From Clostridiales bacterium (GTDB lineage Bacteria > Bacillota > Clostridia > Christensenellales > DTU072): a stretch of 64,000 bases of DNA. The notes beneath the pieces were generated by a model. That model was not told the DNA's origin. It was given only the letters and a program-made list of their open reading frames with translations, and ran no database searches. How positions within the stretch are numbered: the stretch's first letter is position 1; every line of letters starts with the position of its first letter. The DNA lies in assembly GCA_012838805.1 (NCBI GenBank), contig DUON01000019.1, forward strand, positions 60,560 to 124,559, in the 5' to 3' direction. The translations under genes were made by a program, and so were the position numbers. Shown here in pieces: positions 48,846 through 58,000 of this stretch.

Positions 48846-50062
48846 AAGCCGTAGTGTTCAATATAGGCTGCAAGGTCAATCAATATGAAAGCGATAAGAT
48901 AATCCAAGCGCTTGAAGAAAGGGGTTTTGAAGTCTTTTCACACTTTGCATTTGCGGATATTTATATAATAAACACCTGTGCAGTAACCGCCGAAGCGGAA
49001 AGAAAATCACGGCAGGCGGTCAAAAGATGCCTTGCGCATAATCCCGAGGGCAGAATTTATATCTGTGGGTGTTCTTCACAAAACGACCCCGTACAGTTTG
49101 AAAAAAAAGGCGTCTATTATGTTTGCGGCGTGGATAAGAAAAAGCTGCTTGAAAGAATAGACAATGACTTTCTTTTTTGTATCCCCAATCGGAACATTCT
49201 CTTAAAGCCCAAAGATAGAACGAGGGCTTATGTGAAAATTCAAGACGGCTGCAATAATTATTGTTCGTATTGTATCATACCGTATTTAAGGGGCGTCAGC
49301 AGGTCAAGAGCCGTGGAAGAAATTGTACAAGAGGTCAAGGCCTTAAGCCAGTCCACAAAGGAAATAGTCATTGTGGGCATCAACTTGTCGCTCTATGGTA
49401 AGGACATTCAAGAATCTTTGGCGGGGCTGATAAGGAAATTGAAAGATATCGATGTCAGAATAAGACTTGGCTCATTTTATGCGGAGAGCATAGACAGAGA
49501 ACTCTTAGACAGTCTTTTTTCATTAAAGCAGTTTTGTCCGCATTTTCATCTCTCTTTACAGAGCGGCGACGACCAAACTCTTAAGGCGATGAATAGAAGA
49601 TACAATACCGACACATACGCCAAAAAGATAGAGCTTATCCGCTCTTATGATAAAAACGCCGCTATCACAACAGATATCATTGTGGGCTATCCCACCGAGA
49701 ATGACAAAATGTTTGAAAACAGCGTAAATTTTGTGAAAAACATGAAATTCGGCGATATACACATTTTCCCCTATTCCCAAAGAAAGAGAACAAAAGCGGC
49801 TGATTTAACTCCCCTTAAGCCCGAAATAGTCAAAGAAAGAGTCGCAGTCATGACTAAGACAAAAAGACAATTGATAAATGAGTACTTATCTGCTAATATT
49901 AATAAAGAGCAGACCGTTCTCTTTGAAGAGGAAGAGCATGGTATAAAAAGCGGGTATTCGGAAAGGTATATCAGAATATACGCAAAGACGGATAGAGATT
50001 TGGCAAAGGTCATGCCAAAAGAATTCTATAAAGACGGATTGAAAGGAGAGGTGAGAATATGA
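48842..50062 (+). CDS. mtaB: tRNA (N6-threonylcarbamoyladenosine-C2)-methylthiotransferase MtaB (YqeV)
   Basis: 406 aa. N-terminal UPF0004 Cys triad (GCKVN...NTCAVT...GC) and radical SAM CNNYCSYC. Position after rsmE. Confidence 0.85.
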   Translation: MKAVVFNIGCKVNQYESDKIIQALEERGFEVFSHFAFADIYIINTCAVTAEAERKSRQAVKRCLAHNPEGRIYICGCSSQNDPVQFEKKGVYYVCGVDKKKLLERIDNDFLFCIPNRNILLKPKDRTRAYVKIQDGCNNYCSYCIIPYLRGVSRSRAVEEIVQEVKALSQSTKEIVIVGINLSLYGKDIQESLAGLIRKLKDIDVRIRLGSFYAESIDRELLDSLFSLKQFCPHFHLSLQSGDDQTLKAMNRRYNTDTYAKKIELIRSYDKNAAITTDIIVGYPTENDKMFENSVNFVKNMKFGDIHIFPYSQRKRTKAADLTPLKPEIVKERVAVMTKTKRQLINEYLSANINKEQTVLFEEEEHGIKSGYSERYIRIYAKTDRDLAKVMPKEFYKDGLKGEVRI

Positions 50063-50403
50063 AGAAAGACTGTGTTTTTTGCAAGATAATAGCGGGAGAG
50101 ATACCGTCAGAGAAAGTATACGAAGACAATTTGATGATTATCATTAAGGACATCAATCCGCAGGTAAAAAAGCATTTTTTGCTTATCCCCAAAAAGCATT
50201 ATGCGAATATTGTGGAGATGTCCCTTGAAGAGGCGGTGGAGCTTGGCGAAAGCCTAAAGACCCTTTCCACATTGGTGGACGATTTAGGTCTTCAAGACGG
50301 CTTTAGGCTTGTCAGCAATAAGGGCGGAAACGCCAGGCAAACGGTAGAACACCTGCATATCCATATCTTAGGCGGAGAGCTCTTAAGCGATAAAATGGGA
50401 TAA
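50059..50403 (+). CDS. HIT family (histidine triad) nucleotide hydrolase
   Basis: 114 aa. CVFCKI, HLHIHILGG histidine triad. Confidence 0.9.
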   Translation: MKKDCVFCKIIAGEIPSEKVYEDNLMIIIKDINPQVKKHFLLIPKKHYANIVEMSLEEAVELGESLKTLSTLVDDLGLQDGFRLVSNKGGNARQTVEHLHIHILGGELLSDKMG

Positions 50404-50433
50404 TCAAAAAGCCAAAAAATCTTAGGAAAAAAT

Positions 50434-50469
50434 AAAAATGGGCGTGTCTTAAAAAGACAGCCCATTTTT
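50434..50469. terminator. Bidirectional rho-independent terminator between the convergent HIT gene and rpmB
   Basis: atgggcgtgtctt (50438-50450) pairs with aagacagcccat (50454-50465) with one bulge. A-run upstream and T-run downstream. Confidence 0.75.
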
Positions 50470-50496
50470 AATTTATTTAAGCGAAAGGAATAAAAA

Positions 50497-50691
50497 TTAT
50501 GCGTTATTTATCTTTTTTTGAGTCTTAAGACACCTTGTGCAAACATATTCTCTCTTAACAGAGCCGTTATCTTTTGTGAATGCTATTTTATGGATGTTCG
50601 CTCCCCATGTTCTTCTTGTTTTTCTATGGCTGTGGCTTACTTTATTACCGCTCATAGTTCCTTTCCCACAAATGCTGCATACTCTTGCCAT
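50497..50691 (-). CDS. rpmB: 50S ribosomal protein L28 (zinc-ribbon C+ form)
   Basis: 64 aa. MARVCSICGKGTMSGNKVSHSHRKTRRTW. SD GAGGAGG upstream. Divergent from asp23-yloV as in Bacillus. Confidence 0.95.
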   Translation of the reverse strand: MARVCSICGKGTMSGNKVSHSHRKTRRTWGANIHKIAFTKDNGSVKREYVCTRCLKTQKKINNA

Positions 50692-50840
50692 TTTTTATAA
50701 CCTCCTCAATTAGACTTTATGATTATACAATCAATAATGGTTTTTTGCAACAGTTTTGAGGTTAATTTTTCAATTTACTTGCAATTTATTCTCTTATATA
50801 ATATGATTATAAAGTAATAAAAATAGGCAAAGGAAGAGTT

Positions 50841-51191
50841 ATGGCGCTTAAGACATCAAACATCTATGGCGATATCACAATTTCGGACGAGGCGGTGGCG
50901 ATTATTGCCAATCGTGTCGCAAGCGAGTGTTACGGCGTCGCTGAACTAGTGAGCAGAAGACTTTCGGACAGCATTTTGTCTATTTTTAATAAAGAGTCAG
51001 CCACCAAAGGCGTGAAGCTTGTCACAGTAGACAATAGGATATATATCGACCTATATGTTTTACTTATGGCTGACATAAATCAAGAAGCGGTCATAGACTC
51101 TCTGAAATCGACCGTAAAATACCATGTGGAACAATTTACGGGCATGAGAGTGAAATCGGTGAATGTGCATGCGCTTGGAGTCAAGCTTTAG
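50841..51191 (+). CDS. Asp23/Gls24 family envelope stress protein (YloU)
   Basis: 116 aa. ITISDEAVAIIA..A..ECYGV and V.V.V.G. Followed by the DAK2 protein. Confidence 0.88.
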   Translation: MALKTSNIYGDITISDEAVAIIANRVASECYGVAELVSRRLSDSILSIFNKESATKGVKLVTVDNRIYIDLYVLLMADINQEAVIDSLKSTVKYHVEQFTGMRVKSVNVHALGVKL

Positions 51192-51243
51192 AACAGTTCG
51201 CCTTTTTTTATGGACCGCTTTTTATTAAAGCGAGGGAAACAAG

Positions 51244-52878
51244 ATGTTGACATATATAGACAATGAATTATTGAAAAAAATTATTATTGGCGCCAAACAG
51301 AACTTGGACCTCAATAAAGCTTATGTGGATAGCTTGAATGTGTTTCCCGTTCCAGACGGAGACACTGGTACAAATATGAGCTTGACCATGACTGCGACCG
51401 TTAGGGAAGTGGAACAGGAGAATACCGACAACATAGCCGACACCATACACGCTTTTTCCAAAGGGGCTTTGAAAGGTGCAAGAGGCAACAGCGGAGTTAT
51501 CTTATCTCAAATTTTTAAGGGTATGGCGGAAGTCATATCCCAAGCCAAGATTATCAATACCAAGACATTTGCAAAAGCACTTTCCAACGGTTCGGACAAG
51601 GCGTATGACGCTGTCACCCACCCCAAAGAAGGTACTATCCTTACGGTTATTAGAGTTATAGGCGACTATGCCAATAAAATTGCCTTAAGAAATACTGATT
51701 TTGTGGAATTTTTCGAAAAGATTTTGCAAAAGGGCGAAGAGATCCTTCTACAAACCCCGGAGATGCTGCCGGTTCTGAAAAAAGCGGGAGTCATAGACGC
51801 GGGCGGACAAGGACTTTTATATATCTTAATCGGTATGTACAATATCATAGCCGGAAAGGAAATGACAGCCGTCGAGGAAGAGACTGAAACAATTAAAGAG
51901 ACGCCCAAACAAGTCTATTTTGAAGCTGATATCCACAATCTTGACGATATCAGATACGGCTATTGTACGGAATTTTTTGTAATTAATTTGAAAAAGAGTG
52001 CCACTACGGCGGATATAGACAAGCTTAGAGACAAGCTCTCTGAACTCGGCGACAGCGTGATAGTAGTTGGGGATTTGCAGCTGGTCAAGGTCCATGTCCA
52101 CACCAATAACCCCGACAAGGCGCTTTCATACGCCTTAAACCTTGGAGAGCTGGACAAACCCAAAATAGAGAATATGTTCGAACAGAACAGACAGCTTAAA
52201 AAGGAAAAAGAAAAGCAAGTCAAAAAAGCACAAGGCATGGTCAGCATAAGCAGCGGAAAGGGCTTTAAGGAACTGTTTACCGAGCTGGGTGTGGACGCGG
52301 TTTTAGAGGGTGGACAGACCATGAACCCAAGCGTATCCGATATCGTGGATATAGTCAATTCCGTACCTGCCGACACGGTGTTTATTTTCCCCAACAACAA
52401 GAACATAATACTTGCTTGTGAGCAGGCGCGAGAGCTCACCAAAAACAAATTGGTAGTGGTCGCCACCAACAATATCCCTATGGGCGTTGCGGCGGCTATG
52501 ACGTTTGACTCTGAAAGCGATGTGGACGAGAATTTGAAAATTATGCAAAAAGCCGCTTGCTCAATCAAGTGTCTGCAAATCACCCATGCTGTAAGGGACA
52601 CCGAACTTGACGGCTTCGAGCTTCATAACGGGGATATCATTGGATTGAAAAAACATATCCTTGCCCAAGGCAAGGACATCAATCAAGTCGCCAAAGACAC
52701 CATAGAAAAAGTGATAGACGACGATATCGTGACCATTACGCTATATTACGGAGAGGATATGGACGAGGAAAAGGCAAACGAGCTTAGGGACAGCCTTTCC
52801 CATACATATCCCGACAGAGATATCATAGCGGTCTATGGAGGACAGCCGCATTATTATTACCTTATCAGCTTGGAATAG
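51244..52878 (+). CDS. DAK2 domain fusion protein YloV
   Basis: 544 aa. LNVFPVPDGDTGTNM, GARGNSGVILSQ (Dak phosphatase domain) plus a C-terminal DegV-like uncharacterised half. Confidence 0.88.
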   Translation: MLTYIDNELLKKIIIGAKQNLDLNKAYVDSLNVFPVPDGDTGTNMSLTMTATVREVEQENTDNIADTIHAFSKGALKGARGNSGVILSQIFKGMAEVISQAKIINTKTFAKALSNGSDKAYDAVTHPKEGTILTVIRVIGDYANKIALRNTDFVEFFEKILQKGEEILLQTPEMLPVLKKAGVIDAGGQGLLYILIGMYNIIAGKEMTAVEEETETIKETPKQVYFEADIHNLDDIRYGYCTEFFVINLKKSATTADIDKLRDKLSELGDSVIVVGDLQLVKVHVHTNNPDKALSYALNLGELDKPKIENMFEQNRQLKKEKEKQVKKAQGMVSISSGKGFKELFTELGVDAVLEGGQTMNPSVSDIVDIVNSVPADTVFIFPNNKNIILACEQARELTKNKLVVVATNNIPMGVAAAMTFDSESDVDENLKIMQKAACSIKCLQITHAVRDTELDGFELHNGDIIGLKKHILAQGKDINQVAKDTIEKVIDDDIVTITLYYGEDMDEEKANELRDSLSHTYPDRDIIAVYGGQPHYYYLISLE

Positions 52879-52881
52879 AAA

Positions 52882-54867
52882 ATGCTAACAGTCATAAAAG
52901 GCATCGGTCAGAAAACCAAAGAAAAACTCAACAGCTTGGGTATCTTTACGCCGTATGACCTTGTTCTTTATTTACCCAAAGACTATATAGATATGAACAT
53001 ACAAACACATCCCTCCAATACACCCGAGGGATGTTATTGTAAATTGGATAATTGTATTGTTAAGGCGGACAAGCCTTTCAAAAAGGGGCGACTATGGATT
53101 TTCAAAGCTGAGGCGAAAACCAATGGAAATCAAAAAGTCCAAATAGTGTGGTTTAATCAAAAATATATCGCCGACAAGGTCCAAGCGGACAAGGAGTATA
53201 CGATTTTTGGAAAAATAAGCCATATCGGCGGGGGCTATTCTTTTGTCAATCCTCTTATTGAAGATAAAGAAGAGGGCAAAAAAAGATTTTCAGGAATTCA
53301 GCCTATATATTCCACAAAAGGCTTGATTGCTCAACAAAATTTCAAAAAATTCGTCAAACAAGCCTTGGACGGCGGGATAAGGGTTCAAAGCGTGGTGGAT
53401 GAGGATTTAGAACGAGAATTTTCTCTTATGGCATATATTCAGGCATTAAGAGAAGCCCACTATCCGTCTGATACCAAAAATATTGAAAAGGCGCGAAAAA
53501 GAATTATTTTAGAGGGACTTATTAAAAAAATGGCGGCTTTTAAGCTGGAAAAAGCCGATATGAACTCTGTCAACAAATCAAGGGAATACGACATAAAAAA
53601 GGATATATCCGAATATATAAGCTCTTTACCTTTTGAATTGAGCCCATCTCAATATACGGCAATAAATTCTTTAATAGAAAGCGTATGCAAAGACCGTCCT
53701 CTTAACGCCATACTCTTAGGGGATGTGGGAAGCGGGAAGACAGCGGTGGCGTTTGCTCTCATATATTTTGTAGTTAAGAACGGATATCAAGCGGCTTTTA
53801 TGGCGCCTACAGAAATCCTTGCCAGACAGCATTTTGAAAAGGCAAAAAAAATGCTTGGTCCGCTTGGCACAAGGACGGAGCTTTTGACTTCTTCAACAAA
53901 TACCCAAAACAGAGAAAAAATCCTAAACGGACTCAAAGACAAAGAAATAGATTTGCTTATTGGGACTCATTCGCTTATCGGAGAAAAGGTAAGCTTTTCT
54001 CAAATTGCACTTGCAGTTTTGGACGAACAGCACAGGTTCGGAGTGGCTGAAAGGACTGCGCTTATCGAAAAAGACAAGAGAGTGGATACGCTTACCCTTT
54101 CGGCGACTCCCATTCCAAGGACCTTAAGACTGACGGCTTTTGGAGATATCGAGCTTTACAGCATAGAAAAAAGGCATCAAAGCAATATCTCAACGCATAT
54201 TGTCAAGAAAAATAAAAGGCAGGATATGTTCGCTTTTATTGCCGAGCAATGCAAAAAGGGCGAGAAAGCTTTTATTGTCGCTACAAAAATTGACGAGGAC
54301 CGAAACAGCGAAAGGGATTCTGTAACGGCTTTATTTAGAGAGCTTAAAAGAGGCAAGTTCAAAGATATAAAAATTGAATGTCTTCACGGAAAAATGGACC
54401 AAAAGACAAAAGACGATATTATGAGAAGATTCGCAGGCGGGGAGATTTCGGCGATTGTCGCGACTTCTGTCATAGAAGTGGGCATCGATGTGGAAGATGC
54501 GGGCATAATGGCGATTATGGACGCCGAGAATTTTGGGCTTGCCGCTCTACATCAGCTAAGGGGCAGGGTGGGGAGAAAGGGTCAAAGGGCGTACTGCTTT
54601 CTATATACGGAAAAGGAAAACCATAACAGACTTGACATAATAGCCCAAAACGATGACGGTTTTATGATAGCGGAGAAAGATTTTGAGATAAGAGGGGGCG
54701 GAGACTTTTTGGGCTTTGAGCAAAGCGGGAAGATAGATACGGAAATAAGTTCCCAAGATATCCTTCTTGCAAGAAAGATTGTGGATAAACTTGATGTTCA
54801 AGCCTTGAGCGCAAGGCTGAAAGGCGAGGCACAAAGAAAACAAATGGACAGAATAAGTCTTACTTGA
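52882..54867 (+). CDS. recG: ATP-dependent DNA helicase RecG
   Basis: 661 aa. N-terminal wedge/OB, GDVGSGKT, DEQHRFGV, TATPIPRT, QLRGRVGR. Confidence 0.93.
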   Translation: MLTVIKGIGQKTKEKLNSLGIFTPYDLVLYLPKDYIDMNIQTHPSNTPEGCYCKLDNCIVKADKPFKKGRLWIFKAEAKTNGNQKVQIVWFNQKYIADKVQADKEYTIFGKISHIGGGYSFVNPLIEDKEEGKKRFSGIQPIYSTKGLIAQQNFKKFVKQALDGGIRVQSVVDEDLEREFSLMAYIQALREAHYPSDTKNIEKARKRIILEGLIKKMAAFKLEKADMNSVNKSREYDIKKDISEYISSLPFELSPSQYTAINSLIESVCKDRPLNAILLGDVGSGKTAVAFALIYFVVKNGYQAAFMAPTEILARQHFEKAKKMLGPLGTRTELLTSSTNTQNREKILNGLKDKEIDLLIGTHSLIGEKVSFSQIALAVLDEQHRFGVAERTALIEKDKRVDTLTLSATPIPRTLRLTAFGDIELYSIEKRHQSNISTHIVKKNKRQDMFAFIAEQCKKGEKAFIVATKIDEDRNSERDSVTALFRELKRGKFKDIKIECLHGKMDQKTKDDIMRRFAGGEISAIVATSVIEVGIDVEDAGIMAIMDAENFGLAALHQLRGRVGRKGQRAYCFLYTEKENHNRLDIIAQNDDGFMIAEKDFEIRGGGDFLGFEQSGKIDTEISSQDILLARKIVDKLDVQALSARLKGEAQRKQMDRISLT

Positions 54868-54936
54868 CGCTGTTTGAAATAAGAATATCTTAATAAGTTT
54901 ATCGGAAAATAATACCGATGGCGGCTAAAAATACTA

Positions 54937-54965
54937 TTGATTTTATTAATTAATAATGTTATATT
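54937..54965 (+). promoter_or_regulatory. Sigma-A type promoter TTGATT-N17-(TGt)TATATT upstream of the giant LRR gene
   Basis: TTGATT at 54937-54942 and tgtTATATT at 54957-54965. A 47-nt AT-rich leader carries GGAG 11 nt before ATG 55013. Confidence 0.45.
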
Positions 54966-55012
54966 AATATATATATTGTTATGGTTCATAGTGCATAGGA
55001 GTTTTACTTATT

Positions 55013-58000
55013 ATGAATAGATATTTACGGTTAATAGTAATCATTGTTTTTATCCTAACAGCGGCGGGATTGCTTATTTCATGCGAGGGCGGACCTATGC
55101 TTGTTTCCATAGAGGTTGACCCTGATACGATTAGCGAAGAATATGATGTCAGCGAATTTGAGCTTTCTTCGATTATGCTTATCTTAACATATGAGAACGA
55201 GGAAACTGAGACCATTCCCTTGCAAAGAACCATGATAAAAGCCGAGGACAAAGCAAAGCTTTCCGTATCTGGAGACCATACAATTACCGTTACCTATAAG
55301 CAAAGAACCACTACTTTTATCTTAAAATTAAGAGAGGGCATCTCAGGACTGTATAAGGTCATCTTCAAAGACGAAAACGGCAACCAATTGGGCGAGACCC
55401 AGTACATAGAGCCGGGTGGAACGGCGCTGGCGCCTGAAGTTCCCGACAAGCCCGAATACGCCTTTAATGGCTGGATAGACCAAAGAGGAGTGTATTCATT
55501 TTTTGATAACATTTATGAAGACAAGGTCTTTACTGCGACTTATACCCCCGACTTCTATGTCATCACATTTATTCGTCCCAACGGAAGTCTTATAGCCGAG
55601 GTCAAAATCAAAAAAGGCGAGAGTGCGGAACCTTACGCCCCGAATATCCCTACCCAGCCCGGGCTCAAAGCCATTGGCTGGAACAGGTCACTTGACGACA
55701 TAACCGCAGACACCACAATAACAGCGGTTTATGTCCCCGAAAACATTACCGTCACCTTTGTTTATGGCAACGATTTTAGACCTCCGACAGTCGCGAGTTT
55801 CGCCGCCAATACAGATATCGAAGCACCCGTAAATCCTCATGTGCCGCACGCTGAATTTGTGGGCTGGTACACCAATGAGAAATTTGAGGGCGAAATGGTG
55901 GAGTTCCCATATCTGTTACAAAATGAAATCACCTTTTATGCCAAATACATATCAAGAACGGAGGGTTCGCCGGGTCTTGAATATTCCTTAACTGGAAACA
56001 ATACCTATACCATAAGCGGATATAACGGACAAGACGATGTCATTGTTATTCCCGAAAAACACAATAACCTTGATGTAGTGGGAGTAGACAGACAAGCTTT
56101 TGAAAACGCCATGAACTCAAGGTTTTATGTCACTGACACCAACAACTACTTTTCCACATCTGACGGGGTGCTTTTTGATATCACCAAAGAAAGGCTGATA
56201 GCGTATCCCTCAGGCAGACAAATCAACACATACGATGTGCTGGAGAGCGTAAAATATATTGAAGACTATGCATTCGCCAATTCCAAAAATTTGGTGCAAT
56301 TGAGACTGCCCGACGAAAAAAACCTGCTCTCAATCGGCGATTACGCTTTTTATAACTGCCTTCGCTTAACTCAAATAAATATCCCAATAACCGTTGAGAC
56401 CATAGGCAATTTCGCTTTTTATATGGAAGAAGACAATGCCCTCGAGAGTTTGACATTCACGCTTAATAGCAATCTTCAACAAATCGGTCAAGGAGCTTTC
56501 AAAGGTCTCAACCGCTTAAAGCAAATTACATTGCCATCCAGCCGTCTTGAGAATATAGGCAGCGGCGTCTTTGAAGGATGCCAAATGCTTGAGACAATAG
56601 ATATCGAAGAGGGGTCAAGCGCTAAATTCACTTCTGAAGGCGGGGCACTCTTTAATATCTCTAAAACAACGCTTATAGCCTATCCGGCGAATAACATAAT
56701 TAACGAAAGAGCATTTTATATTGTTCCCAACACCGTCGAAATCATAGAGTCGGGAGCTTTTTCAGAATCCAATATCGTAGGCATACGGCTTTCGGAGTCC
56801 ATTAAAGAAATAAGAAGTTATGCGTTCAACAGCCCCAAGCTTCAATACATACAGTTTATGGGCGAACTTCCAGAAACCATTGAAGCAAGCCCGTTTGGCG
56901 ACTACAATCCCTCTTATATCATAATCCCCGAGGGTGTCGACCAATTCGACGAATACTTTTCAGATTATCAGATTATAATAGGTCAGCCCAATCAGACTTA
57001 TGGTTATCATTCGGCAACAAGTTATCTTTATACAATAGACGACGACGAGAAGCTTATCGTTTGGGGAGTCAGAAGGTATACGGATACGGTGACCATTCCT
57101 GCCGTTATCGGCGACTACCAAGTAAAAGCGATAGGAAGCTATGCTTTCTACAACAACTTGACCATAGCTAACCTTACTATATCCGAGGGCATAGAAATCA
57201 TAGACGACTTTGCGTTCTCCCGTTCCCAGCGGCTTGCAAGCGTCATTCTACCGAAAAGTCTTACCAAAATAGGGGACAACGCCTTTGCGGAGTGTTCGTC
57301 TTTAAGCCAAATTCTTGGCACAGACAATGTCGATATAGAAGATATGGAAATAGACCTTGTTATCTTGGGCAAGGAAATATTTATCGAGACTCCTTGGTAC
57401 GACAGCGAAGAAAAAGAATTTCTTATGATAGGAAACTCTCTTATCAAGTATAACGGCAAGGGCTTAAGAGCGGTCATTCCGCAAAACACAAAGATTATTG
57501 CGGACAACGCCTTTATTGACAAGAGCAATTTGAGGAATGTGGTCTTGTCCGACGATTTGCAAATCATAAGCGACTATGCATTTTTCGGCTGTTCGGGACT
57601 GTTTTTTATCGAGATACCCGCAAAAGTTAATTATATTGGCTACAAAGCTTTTTATAATTGCAACAGTCTTTATAGAATAATAATGAAGTCCGACACCCCG
57701 CCCCAACTTGCCTTTACCGAAGACATCTTCACCGTCAATGCAAAATATAAGTATGGTTTTATTGAGGATGTGGATTCAGATATTTATCAAGAAAACATAT
57801 ATGAGTTTGGAATTTTAGTACCATATACCATAGACAGAGCGGTGCTCAATGTATACGAAAATCATCCCGCTTGGCAAGGGTACAATATTTTCCACCTGAA
57901 TATGAGAAAAATCACTTTCAGCAGTGCGGGAACGCAACAGATATCGGTTGATGCCGACACTATTTACGAACCCGCCGATCCCGACCCCAGACCTGGTTAT

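Noticed and set aside
54967-54976. An (AT)5 dinucleotide run between the promoter and RBS of the giant LRR gene, as a possible phase-variation tract.
   Set aside because: It is very short, it lies in a generally AT-rich leader, and it is not between the -35 and -10 boxes or within the coding sequence. There is no evidence of slippage-prone length.
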